A DNA stretch of 57,569 nt, the filler included, from Porpidia crustulata (Eukaryota), in assembly GCA_964255105.1 (NCBI GenBank). It is 4 parts of 4 records of this genome, joined end to end, with 100 filler letters (N's around TTAATTAATTAA, not from the genome) between each part and the next. Parts side by side here need not be neighbours in the genome. Positions count along the whole stretch, not along the records: positions 1 to 14,375 come from CAXUWE010000381.1; positions 14,476 to 28,810 come from CAXUWE010000383.1; 2 more parts are not named here. One strand, written 5' to 3'. Shown here one piece after another: positions 12,565-23,747 of the stretch. The notes beneath the pieces were generated by a model. It was given only the letters and a program-made list of their open reading frames with translations. It did not search any database and had not been told where the DNA came from. The position numbers and the translations under genes were made by a program. Each line of letters starts with the position of its first letter. The stretch's first letter is position 1.

Positions 12565-14375
12565 ATGGATCTCGCAAGCTTGAAGGAGCAGGTCACGAAC
12601 CTGTCGCTGTACGATATCAAGGCCGGTGTGCGGAAAGTCCAGAATGGTGAGCTCTTGAAGATTAGTGAGAGAGGGCATCTTACGCTGACGGTCACGCTTT
12701 AGCGGTGATGAATTACACAGAGATGGAAGCGAAGGTATGGTGCCTTGGGAAGAGACTCGGAATCCAATTGACATATGTTACAAGGTCCGCGAAGCAACTA
12801 ATAACGAACCGTGGGGGGCGTCGTCAACATTGATGCAGGAAATTGCCAATTCTACCCATAGCTAGTAGGTAGGCTGCCTATTTTGCAAAATTCTTAGCTT
12901 ATCAAGTCGAGCAGCCAATTGCTCAATGAAATAATGCCTATGATATATAAGCGGTTCACAGAGAAAGCCGCAGAGGAATGGCGACAAATCTACAAGGTCT
13001 CCTAAATTCATTTCGAGCTCACTATCTCTGCTTCTGACAACACTTCCAGGGCCTGCAACTTCTAGAATTCCTCATCAAGAATGGCTCTGAGCGTGTCATT
13101 GACGATGCTCGATCACATCTCTCCCTCATCAAGATGCTACGCCAATTTCATTTCATTGACCAGAATGGCAAGGATCAAGGTGTCAACGTACGGAATCGAT
13201 CTAAAGAGCTCGCTGAGCTTTTGAGCGATGTTGACCGGATCCGAGCGGAGCGTAAGAAAGCAAGAAATAATCGTAATAAATTTGGAGGAGTGGAGGGTGG
13301 AGCTATGAGCGGTGGCCTTTCGAGTGGTAGTCGGTATGGAGGATTTGGCAGTGAAGAACAGGGTAGCTACGGCGCTTACAGTGGTGGTGTGTATGGTGAC
13401 GGGGGTGGTTATGGGGGGAATACATCTGGTTTTCAAGATTCGAGTAGGAGGGATCGATTCGAGGAATATGATGAGTACGACGAGGGCGCGGTAGCTTCCC
13501 CAGCACGCCGAAAAACAGACTCTTCATCCACGACTGTCAAGCGAGAACCCAAGAAAGCAGAGCCGCCGAAAAAGAAGGAACCAGAAATCGATATTCTTGC
13601 CTTTGACGACGATGACATCCCACCAGAGACACCACCCAAACCATTCACTTCAAACGGCAAGAAGACAGTCTCAAATCCAATGGACGACATACTTGGCAGC
13701 ACCTCGTCCGGCGCTGCAGACGAAGATGATTTTGACGACTTCCAGTCTGCAACTCCTAATACGCAAACCTCCGCCCCCTCAAAAACCACGATCCCAGGTC
13801 TTCCAACCCCAATCTCCGCCACGCCATTAGCATCAAGCACCCAGTACGCTGCCCCAAAACCTACCTCCGCGTCCCAAAGCGCCAATCTCAACGACCTTGT
13901 CGGCTTCAGCTCCATCTCGCCAGCTCCAAGTATGAGCAGCACCAAATCCGCCCCACAGCCCACAAGCGCCTTCGCCTCCCCTCCATTAATGGTAGCACAA
14001 CAACCTCAGGCTCCAAGACCAACAAATTACCAGCCTGCTCAACCCAATTATTTCACCTCGGTCCCTGCTCCCTCCAAGCCCTCCTCGACCATCGGCATGA
14101 GCGGCGCCCAACAATCACAAAAACCCTCCCTCCAGTACAGCGCATCTTTCGGCGGCGCCAGCAAACCCGCAGCCACGAATTCGGCGGCAGCAGGCCAGGA
14201 CGCCTTTGGGAGCCTCTGGTCCCAAGCCAGCGCCGGCGCCGGCATCAAGAAGACGAGCGCGACGGGCCAGCAGGGCCCGAATCTGGCGAGCATGGCGAAA
14301 GAGAAGGCTAGTGCGGGGATCTGGGGCGCTGGAGCGAGGAGCGGGAGCGTCGTGGGGCAGGGACAGCGGCAGGGG
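12565..14375 (+). CDS. ENT3: Epsin-related ENTH-domain clathrin adaptor, 3' truncated by contig end
   Basis: LYDIKAGVRKVQN/VMNYTEMEAK/VREATNNEPWGASS/EEWRQIYK/LEFLIKNGSERV/DQGVNVRNR across short exons; DDDFDDFQ motif; low-complexity tail. Confidence 0.92.
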
Positions 14376-14475
14376 NNNNNNNNNNNNNNNNNNNNNNNNN
14401 NNNNNNNNNNNNNNNNNNNTTAATTAATTAANNNNNNNNNNNNNNNNNNNNNNNNNNNNNNNNNNNNNNNNNNNN
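14376..14475. other. Artificial contig spacer
   Basis: N44 + TTAATTAATTAA (stops in all six frames) + N44. Confidence 0.98.
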
Positions 14476-14848
14476 GTATTATGGAGGGAGTCGATTTTGT
14501 GAGAGGGGGGAAGGGGGAAATATCAGGCTTTTATGAGTAGAAAACAAATTTCATGAAAAAAACCTACCCGAATAAAGCTCGAACTACTCCCCACCCGCTC
14601 CTTCATCTTCAACACCCCCCTTTCGAGCTCTCGCCCACACTCCACAACCTCCCATTCTTTTAGTAATTCGCACCTCCATTGCCACAAGCTCTCCACTACC
14701 GTACACAAGCCCTACCCAACACAGGTCCAAATAAAAGCCGAAAAAAGTAATCAAATAAAACTTTTGTTGAGAATGATTAATCCCTGTTGCTTGGTGCCCT
14801 CGAAATTGGCACGGGATGTTAGACCAATCGCTGTCTCCCTATCAGGGT

Positions 14849-15335
14849 TTACTTCTTCTTCTGCTTGCTGGCGTCTTTCGTGGTCTTGGATGCGGTTGCG
14901 GCGACCTTTTTCTTCGGAGGAACCGAGTCGGTTCCCGAGAAGAACGAATCTTCAAGAAGATCCCGCAGTTTTACTGGACGGAGCGTTTAGTGCACAAAGA
15001 CGAATTGCTCCTTTCGACTGTGGGTTTGGCCGACTTACTACTTGCTCTGATCCAACGGACCCTACATTTGCCGCGATACTCGTGCCCTACGAAGGGGACA
15101 GTCAGAATCAAGATGGTTTCTTTCGTTGTTGGATTGGGGGCATGTATGACTGACCAGTCCTGTCGTCGCGGATTAGGACGATGCAATTTTCGCAGCACTC
15201 ATGATTTTGCAAGCAGGAGCATTCGCTTGGGACTATCTCGTTTATCGACTCGTCTTCATTGCGTACATAATAGACCCTCTTGTCAACGCACCAAGTATAC
15301 CACAGTTTCCATTTTCCCTCTTCGTACCCTGCCAT
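14849..15335 (-). CDS. Small Cys-rich hypothetical protein (117 aa) with basic C-terminus; complement(join(14849..14973,15039..15086,15155..15335))
   Basis: TATAAAA ~165 nt upstream, caaaATGG start, and two canonical introns (GTCAGT..CTGAC..TAG; GTAAGT..CTAAA..CAG) giving one continuous 354-nt frame. Confidence 0.7.
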
Positions 15336-17145
15336 TTTGTCGAACGTCCGGCCGTGTTAGATGGGAGATTACAATCCGATAGCTTGCTGATCATTCAAAC
15401 CAAGTCTTTTGATCCAGATATATTTCCTGTTGTGGGTAGAAAGGAACTCTTGCACACAGATAGAGAAACGGAAATCAAAACGAAGGGTGAGCGAGCGCTT
15501 TTATATCCATTCTAGCCAGGTAACAGAGCCTGATAAATTCAAAAGCGGGGAGCGCAAGGCAGAAATACATCTGCACGCATGAAGAAGCTAGATGAAGCCC
15601 AAGCACGGTAATAGTGAAGCATGCCCGCCCCACCATTTCTGGAAGTGCACCGTTCACTGCTGCGGAAAATTGGCGGGAACGAGAAAGTTTGTGGTGGACA
15701 AGAGCTTTGAAGAAACGTAGAGCAATTTTGCTGAACATGGCGTCCTAGAATATCCCTTGGGTTTGGACTTTTGGGGTCTCTTTTCTGGGGTATGGATCAG
15801 GGAAATCGGGGAAGCTATGTCGTACAACTTGAAGTCATCAGTGAAGATTAAGTAAACTTCGGGAAGAACCGCAATGAAGGTAGATGAATAATGAGATATG
15901 GGAGTGCAGCAGTGACGTTTTCAATACATTGTTATGCATGAAAATGGGTTCTTTCAACTATTCACTCACATTCATTCCCATCAAATCGAGCCTTGGATCG
16001 AGCATACTGACCTCGAGTCCCCCTCTCGATCATGCGTCCTCTCCCTTGGATACCCATTTGTTCGTAATCCAGTCGGGAAACACCATATCTGTCGACGCAC
16101 CGTCATGAGTCTTATGGGGTTGAAGAAGGCAAGACCTGGGAGGTATTCCCTGGATAGTATGCAGGCACTGAAAATAGAGCGCTGAAATGGTTGATCCTCC
16201 GCAGTTTTAGTAGCCATCGAGCCTTTGTGGCTTGACAATGCCACGGGGTAGCTTCTCTCGGGATGCCGCTCCGAATCTTGTAGCCGTTGAGCTCAACTAC
16301 TATGACCGCCAACAGCTGTGCTCAGGATCACCATCCTCTTCAATAATATTGTCCTTGGCTAGTCGTAGGATACCGTTATCTTCTAGACAATCGTGGATGG
16401 AGGTCCCTATTTGAGTCTATCAATCCATCAATCATTCCGCAGCATCGTAAACGAGGCAGGAGCGAAAGCTGGGCCAGAGAGCGGTGGAGACATGCGGGAG
16501 TTGATCAGAGCTACGAGGAGAATACTGTTCAGTAGGAATAGGGAAGCGTGAAAAGACCATGAGAATGAGTGGTCAAGATGTGATGTGGGAGTGGGAAGTG
16601 TCCTCAATAACCAGAGACTGTCTACTAGGCAGGAAAGCGGTAGTAGCACGCACACAATGATTTACAGTACCGCATCATACTCCACCCATTTGGTGATATA
16701 TCAATGATAGATAATTCAGAAATACTCGAATGACTTTATGACTCGAGGTCGTGTGTGTAGTGGGTCCGAGGTCCGAGAATGAAAAATCAAAATAATAATA
16801 ATTTGAAGAAATTCGATAACTTAACTAGTTTTAAGATTAAGTTCACGGTGAGATCAAGGTCTGGATTAATCCTGAAAGATTAGTTTACGAGGATTTTAAC
16901 GGTGGATTATCGATGCAACACTATCTCATCGAATGTTTGTCTCAGCAAATGAACAGTCATAATGTTCGTGTCGAATTTCCTGTCAATAATTAGCAAACGA
17001 TAAATCACAAAAGGAACGCATTCAGGAAATTAAGATGTATAGATAAATATTTCAATTGATTCGCGAAACCCCCCGATCAAAGCTCCTTAATATGTTAAAA
17101 ACTTGCATTCCAAACCTGGCACACTGGAGGTTCCCTCATCGCTAT

Positions 17146-17868
17146 CTACATCCTTGATGTGGAAAATGCTCCAAACCGAATTAGCAAGGCGTTCCTATTC
17201 GCCGTCAGACTTGAATTCGACACGACCTCCTGCGAAGTAGCGAAATCAATCAAGCCGGGCCTAAGATCCCACCTCGAACTCGTCCCATCATTTTCCGAGT
17301 TGCCGATCAACTTCTCCGCTGGAACCGCCTTAGCCGCCATCAACACGCTTCCGGCATCCCGGATATTCCGATCCTCGACGCATTCGCGGTAGCGATTCAA
17401 AATTCGATCGAACTCGGCATTTGCGCTCTCATGTCGCGCTTTCAGACTGTCGAGGCGGGCTCTGGCAACCCTCGCGCGTCCCACGACTTTCTCCATCGCG
17501 GCGTCGGCGCTTCTGGAGTGCTGCATGGCGGAGATTAATTCTTTGTATGCCACTTGCGATCTGCTTGGCCCCTCCATCGCTTCCTGGATTCTTCTGCTTT
17601 CGTTCCAGACTTTGTCGGCTTCGGCCCGGGCCACCTTGACGTGCTGGGACAGAGCGTTGGCTGCCTCGTAGGCCTGCCATACTTCGATGTCCAACGTTCC
17701 GGCACGGTACTCTGCCTCGCAGACCTTGCAGACATCAGGATTTTTGTCCAGGTACTTATTTTTTCCGACCTTGTAAGGTCGACCGTTCTTGACGTCGTCA
17801 CATTCTTCGAACTGGGGATGGCAGTGGTGGTGAAACTTTTCCGAGGTTTTCCACAACGCTCTGCACAT
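17146..17868 (-). CDS. Hypothetical protein, Cys/His-rich N-terminus plus long coiled coil
   Basis: 240-aa ORF in a GC-richer island; MC..HHHCH..C..CxxC followed by an Ala/Glu/Arg-rich helix. Confidence 0.6.
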   Translation of the reverse strand: MCRALWKTSEKFHHHCHPQFEECDDVKNGRPYKVGKNKYLDKNPDVCKVCEAEYRAGTLDIEVWQAYEAANALSQHVKVARAEADKVWNESRRIQEAMEGPSRSQVAYKELISAMQHSRSADAAMEKVVGRARVARARLDSLKARHESANAEFDRILNRYRECVEDRNIRDAGSVLMAAKAVPAEKLIGNSENDGTSSRWDLRPGLIDFATSQEVVSNSSLTANRNALLIRFGAFSTSRM

Positions 17869-18971
17869 ATTGAGAAAGGATCGAATGGAACGTTGAGGTT
17901 CAAGATTTCGGGATAGATGGACTAGTGAGCAGTTGCCAAGGATGATTGTTCAGTTGATTTCTTTTAAATGAAAACATAAATTGAGTCTGAACAAGCGTGG
18001 TTGTATATACATAACATGCGCGCAATGGACTGATATAATGTAAATGTTAAAGAGGTTGTCATGATGAATATGATTGTTGCGATTCAGACAATCAAATACT
18101 TTGTGAATAGAAGTCGAAAAATCCGTCATAGTGAACACGATGGTTGTGACTATACACAAAGCGGTGCTGTAACAGAAAATGCATTGTTAGATGACAACAC
18201 TTTGAAAGACAGATTTCGGACACTGTCAACCAAGATGATGCACTCACACGTGGAGGAAACTATACGTGATGTTCCGAATGAAAGGATTTGGTTAGGATCT
18301 AGCATCTGGTCATTACTAGTGTCTTGTTTGTCTGCCAACGGTCAGCCATAATCGTCAGCGATCAGAGGACGGCATACGCGAACACGATCGAAAAAGATTG
18401 ATTGCCCTCCAATACTGCCCCAAGGCCTCACGATCGGTCTATATTGTCCTTTTGCCTCTGCACTGGCTTGTAGTCAAGTGAAGAAACCGCTGAGAGTAGG
18501 GGCATCTTTCGTGGTTCGTGCTAGCTTGCCGGAGTATTGAAGGCCTCCTCAGCGGCATTTTCACCCTTCTTCTCAGCCGTGGCTTGCAGTCGCGAGAGAA
18601 AAAATGGACATAGGTGCCACAAATGTTTGAGGCACACAGAACGAAAGATCAGCTGGTCATTGAAAACACATTACCCTTGTCAGATTCCTATGTAAACTTT
18701 GCGTACTGAGCACTGCGAAGGAGTCCTTGGTGCTGATAACTAACCCTGTTCTCTAATGGTATAAAGGGTAGTCAGAACAGTGATTTCAATTTTGTCCTAT
18801 ACCACAACTTAATGTTGACCACTGGTAGGAGCAAAAAACCTTTTCCTCTACGAGCGCAACTCAGTCACTGCCATCATTGAAGCTGCTAGACCAATATCGC
18901 GGAACTTAGGTTCAGTGCTTGGAAAGAATTATGCTTTTTTCTGCTTTAAACAAGACACATTAATTTCAATC

Positions 18972-20791
18972 TCAACTTTGTCCAACACTTGCGGCTCTTT
19001 TCCTCCTTTTGCTTGCGCTTGTGGTCCAGTCACCATGGACCATGATCGGCGACGTTGTATCAAGTGGCTTTCTCCTTCTAACCAACTGGTAGCACCTGTC
19101 AAGCTCAACTTCAATTGCGCATCTGACTTTCATTGCCCCTATCGCAGGCCAAACGCTTCTCTCACCGTGTAGTATCCAGTAATCAAGACTGTCCCTTGTC
19201 GGCGTCTCGAGCAGCCTTAAAAAGTCTGTGGCACTCAGATCGGGTGCAAGCGTCAAGCTGGCACCTGGTATGCTCTCATCGATTAGTAAGCGGCGAACGG
19301 CAGTGGGTAGCAAGCCTAGCGAATCGAGCTGACTGAGCCTGTGGTGAATCTCGAGTGCCGTCAAGCGTAAGAGAGGTATGACCAGGCCTGATTTGCCATC
19401 TTGTCTTGGATTTGGGCGAAGGTCTGAGCGAAGGAATGGGGCGATATAAGGCCGGGCTTGCGATACTACGAAATGGTTTACGTTGAATAGCTCCGCTATC
19501 CGAGATAGTGGTGAGTCTCTATCAGCGTAAGGAAATTGTTTCCATGAGCGAAACGTAATCTCTTGGGCGGAAGCCCAAGGAACAATGGCACCTGTTTCGT
19601 CTTTGCATCTGAGTATTACTGGAGAGTAGAAATTGCTCGAAGCATTCGAGGCCAATGCAGCAGACCATATAAGCTGATGTGTGTTAGCCTTTTTGACCAA
19701 CCTTACGGTTTTCGTGGCTACTGACCACGTTGGGAGCTGTGAGATAATTCAAGAGATTTGGGACGCCACCCCGCCCGGATGTCGCCACCGTGATGTTCAG
19801 AACTCGCTTTGTTCTGGCGTAAGCTTCTTCAAAAGTCATATCGCCAACGTTAGCTCTGACGCACTCCTCCAAAACGGTAACGTCTAGGAAGTAGCCCTCT
19901 CTTATGAATCTCGTAATCCGGCGCAAGGTAGTCTGAATACGTCCAGCTTGGTACGGCGAGATCAAGCCATTTTGCTCTGTGGATTTTTCACCGTTGTCCT
20001 TCGCGAAAGCTGTCAGATCAATGCCATCTCCGTTCAAGAAATCCAGCAACTCGTCCTCAGTGTGTATACCAACGAGAGCTGCAATCAAGGCCCCTGTTGC
20101 TGTCCCGGTAATAATCCTAGGTAACAATCCTCGCAAGTGCAATGCTCTGACGACCCCCAAATGGCATAGACCGAACATCGCCCCACCTTGAAGCACCAAA
20201 GTGGAACGCCCAAAAGCTTGCCTGGTGTCATGCAATAAGTCGAGCTTTGCCTGGGAAGTCCACCCGCTCTCATAGCTTTGGGTAGTAGGCAATGCAGCCA
20301 CATACTCGATTGCCAATGCAACTTGAGTGACGTATTCTTCAATAAGCAATTTGGTGCCCGCGTAAGCACGACTGTAGAGCCGAGGGGTGGTGATATTGCC
20401 AAGATTTCGGACCAGGCCAGATCGTAAGAGATTCACCAAGCCAAGGATATCCTCCTCTTCTGTGGCATCGATGATGGCGCGCCGTCGCTCGTTCATCAGC
20501 TTGTAGTCATAGTGTTTGCTTGAAGCATTCTGGCGCCAGAGGTCTGTGTGAAGTAGCTCATCGAGATGGAATGCAGCTTCTTCCCACTCTTCGTAGGATT
20601 GCGCCTCAGCAAGAGCGTCGAGCAATATTTGCTGGGGGCTTTTACGAGTCCACCATCCATAAGCTTTCTATCGAGAATTGGCGAGATTAGTTTGCGGGGA
20701 CTGGCCATGACAAAGCTCGGAAACCTTTACTTACAGATTGCCAGTAGCCCCCTACTTCAGTAAGTAATGCCCAAACTGAGGTGAGGGCCAT
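18972..20791 (-). CDS. TGL3: Patatin-domain triacylglycerol lipase TGL3-like protein, 3 exons, catalytic motifs degenerate
   Basis: SYEEWEEAA..LD, RSGLVRNLGNI, RQAFGRSTLVLQGG, LLNYLTAPNV/LIWSA and ELFNVNHFVVSQ. Exon 1 MALTSVWALL.. is spliced via GTAAGT..CTAAT..TAG. Confidence 0.88.
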
Positions 20792-21063
20792 TGCGCGATT
20801 TGGCAAATCATGATCTACAATAGGAAGAGTGAGCCTTAGAAGCTTCAAGAATAGGAACGTAGAGATTCCTGCTGTGATATAAATGGTATTGCTGAACTGT
20901 CACATGTGAAACAACGTTTGCTTTAGTAGGGTACCGCCGATGCACAACGTCCATGTCACGTGTCAGATTTCGAGGTTTGTCAACATTATACATCATGGCA
21001 AAACTCAATATTAATTGAGGAGCTGTCAAATGGAAGTTTGATCTATATATCCATTACGTAGAA

Positions 21064-23397
21064 TTATGTCCATAATCGGCAAGTCCCATCCGCCCCAGCG
21101 CTCACACACCACGGCTCTCTTGGATGCCAATCAATATCCAGCACGCCAAGCTCTTTCTTCACTTGATGTCCATTGAGTACCTTCAACGGTACTATGGTCG
21201 CGTTCTCCATTAAATCACCTACTACTTTCCCGTGGAAGATCTGTAGACTCCCGTCGTCACTCGCATCCGCGAACAGCGGTAGACCACCTTGATGAAACTT
21301 CACGGCTCGAATGGCCTTCTTATGATAACGTAGTGTTTTGTAGGGACGCATTGAAAGATCAAGATCATGCCAGAGCAGACGTTTGTCGTAAGACCCGACG
21401 ATCAAGTTGTCACCACCCGGATGGAGATCAAACGAGGATATCCATCGGGCACCAGGCTGGATGATCTTGAGTAACTCTTGTTTGGAAAGGTCATAGCTTC
21501 GTATCATGCGCTGCGTAGCTACGAAGAATATGGGCTTCAAGGGATGAAAATGCGCTGATTGAGCAAGTCCTTTGAGTCTTCGGAAAGGAAGTTGAGTGAG
21601 ATGCTTGGACAGTGTATGTATTGCAACGGCACTGCTTTGGCCGGTCGGGGAAACGGTAGCAAAGTATTCTCCACGTCGATGCCACGAGATGACCTTAGCC
21701 GGCTTGCGAAGCCCCACTTTGACAAGCACGCCTTCTTCTTCAAGGCGGCTTCCTGGGCGTGTCCATTGCGCTCCAGGTTCCTTCTTTGGAGCCCCATTGG
21801 AGACATTGGTGGCATATCCCCAGCCAGCATCAACAATCTCGCGGCCTTTAGCCTCCACCTCGGGGTCTACGATGGGAGGTACGATCATGTAGAGATCTTC
21901 ACCCGCAGCGGCCGAAAGGATTGTGGCATCGGTCCCCGGTCGCCAGCGCACGGCGTTGACAGCTTCATCTGCGCCCAGCTTTACATGCCAGATTTGGCGG
22001 CCTGTCAATAACTCCCATACCCTGACGGTACCATCATCACCTCCACTCGCCAGGCACATTCCAGAAGGATCGATAGCCAGGCTTCGTACACGACCTTCAT
22101 AACCACGGAATATCGTAGCACACGTAGTAGGGAACGGCCTCAATTCCTCTGGACTGGGTAATTTAGGAAGCAAAGACTCTGGGTCGATGTTCAGCTTATT
22201 TCTGCGCACTCGTGGCGCAAGATAAAGATCCAGACAGCGCTCAAACTTCTCCTTGACAAATTTGTCGTAGCCAGGTACTTTCCGTAGTGAGTCGTGATTT
22301 GTAGGAAGGTATTCTTTCTCCCGGTCCTCTTCATCCGCTTTTTGCCAAGCGTCCTTCTCCGATTTGTCAGGTAGGTACTCCCGCGGTGGATGATAGCTCT
22401 CATCGTATCCCGGCGGAGGTAACTTGGGCGCCGGGATGTTCATGGGATGATCTGGTCGTGGCACCTCATTCGCCCATATGTCGTAGCACTTCATATCAAC
22501 ATCGTTCTCATCCTCTTCAGCAGGTGGCTTGTATGGTAGGATGCGACCTTCACGAATAGCTCGAACAATTTTCATTACTCGCTTTGCTTCATGTTTTGAC
22601 GGAATGAATCGCCTCTTTGGCTCTGGGGCAGCACTCAGTGGCATTATCTCCAACTTTCCAGAAAAGTATTCAACCATATCGGGATATGGATCATAGCCGT
22701 CTTCTGGTATTTCGTTCATCTGAATTTTCCTTAGAACCTCAAGCTCTTGTTGGCTGAGCTCCAATGGCTTCCCCGTGGCTGGATCTGTAAGTCCTGTCCA
22801 TCCTTTGGGAACTTCAATACTATCTAGTAACGCATCCAAAGCTTCTCCCTTTGCAGGACGAGTAATCTTCTTGCCGTTGATGTCATAACCAATATGTGGG
22901 TAAGAGTCGTAGAAAGTAAGCGGTATGTTGCCAATTGTATTCGTAGTCGCGGGAGCATCGGAATCGTCAGAGTCGTAGACTGGGTTAATGTCCCTGTAAA
23001 TATAGCGAGGATTCCCGTGGGCGTCTTGTGTGATTGTAAAATCTGTAGTCAGATTGCCCTTTGCCGGCTCATTCTGCCGTATTTCTGTGCTTGCTGTACC
23101 ATTGACCTTTGCTATATGCTTGATAGCGTCTTCATCGTCCGAAGGTACCTTGTCGCTATCCAGGTCGTCGCCAGACTCTGCTTCGTCTTCGTCTTCGTCT
23201 TCGATATCTAGCTCTTCCTCACCACTACTCTCGTTGGTCCCTGCTTCACTATCAAAATTTTCTTCACTGGCTGATAAGATGCCGTCGAGCAGTCCTGACT
23301 CAAATTCGTCCCCACCGTCACTTAAAACTACCTCATCAGCTTCAGCCGAGTCTCTTGTCACTGCCTTTCGCTTTTTTGTTGGAAAGATAGGAGCCAT
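21064..23397 (-). CDS. ERB1: Ribosome biogenesis protein Erb1/BOP1
   Basis: 777-aa intronless [43 protein letters not shown]-terminal WD40 repeats. Confidence 0.97.
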   Translation of the reverse strand: MAPIFPTKKRKAVTRDSAEADEVVLSDGGDEFESGLLDGILSASEENFDSEAGTNESSGEEELDIEDEDEDEAESGDDLDSDKVPSDDEDAIKHIAKVNGTASTEIRQNEPAKGNLTTDFTITQDAHGNPRYIYRDINPVYDSDDSDAPATTNTIGNIPLTFYDSYPHIGYDINGKKITRPAKGEALDALLDSIEVPKGWTGLTDPATGKPLELSQQELEVLRKIQMNEIPEDGYDPYPDMVEYFSGKLEIMPLSAAPEPKRRFIPSKHEAKRVMKIVRAIREGRILPYKPPAEEDENDVDMKCYDIWANEVPRPDHPMNIPAPKLPPPGYDESYHPPREYLPDKSEKDAWQKADEEDREKEYLPTNHDSLRKVPGYDKFVKEKFERCLDLYLAPRVRRNKLNIDPESLLPKLPSPEELRPFPTTCATIFRGYEGRVRSLAIDPSGMCLASGGDDGTVRVWELLTGRQIWHVKLGADEAVNAVRWRPGTDATILSAAAGEDLYMIVPPIVDPEVEAKGREIVDAGWGYATNVSNGAPKKEPGAQWTRPGSRLEEEGVLVKVGLRKPAKVISWHRRGEYFATVSPTGQSSAVAIHTLSKHLTQLPFRRLKGLAQSAHFHPLKPIFFVATQRMIRSYDLSKQELLKIIQPGARWISSFDLHPGGDNLIVGSYDKRLLWHDLDLSMRPYKTLRYHKKAIRAVKFHQGGLPLFADASDDGSLQIFHGKVVGDLMENATIVPLKVLNGHQVKKELGVLDIDWHPREPWCVSAGADGTCRLWT

Positions 23398-23747
23398 AAT
23401 GCCATGAATTTACTCTGTCTCGTCTCGGGGAGGATCTACCCTCGTACGCATTGTTCGTGAGTGCGGGATTCAAATTATTTTGTGCGTAGTGGAAACTTCT
23501 GTAGGGCTGGCCCGAAATCCCACTCTCTGCTCTATATTCTATTTTCATCGCAAAAAATCACTGGAAGAATTGAGAGTGAGGCAGTAATTGTTTGTGAGTT
23601 TTTGACTCATAAATGCTTGGACTATTTACAGAAGCATCAGACACCTGTGCGCCATCGCTCAGCCAAGATCCCACCTATCCACAAGAATCCGCACAGCCAA
23701 ATCATCTTATCTACAGTGAGAACATCCACGGTCCCGATCGTAACCAT

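Noticed and set aside
23358..23405. Out-of-frame uATG 8 nt upstream of ERB1
   Set aside because: Weak context against a strong main ATG; no evidence of function.
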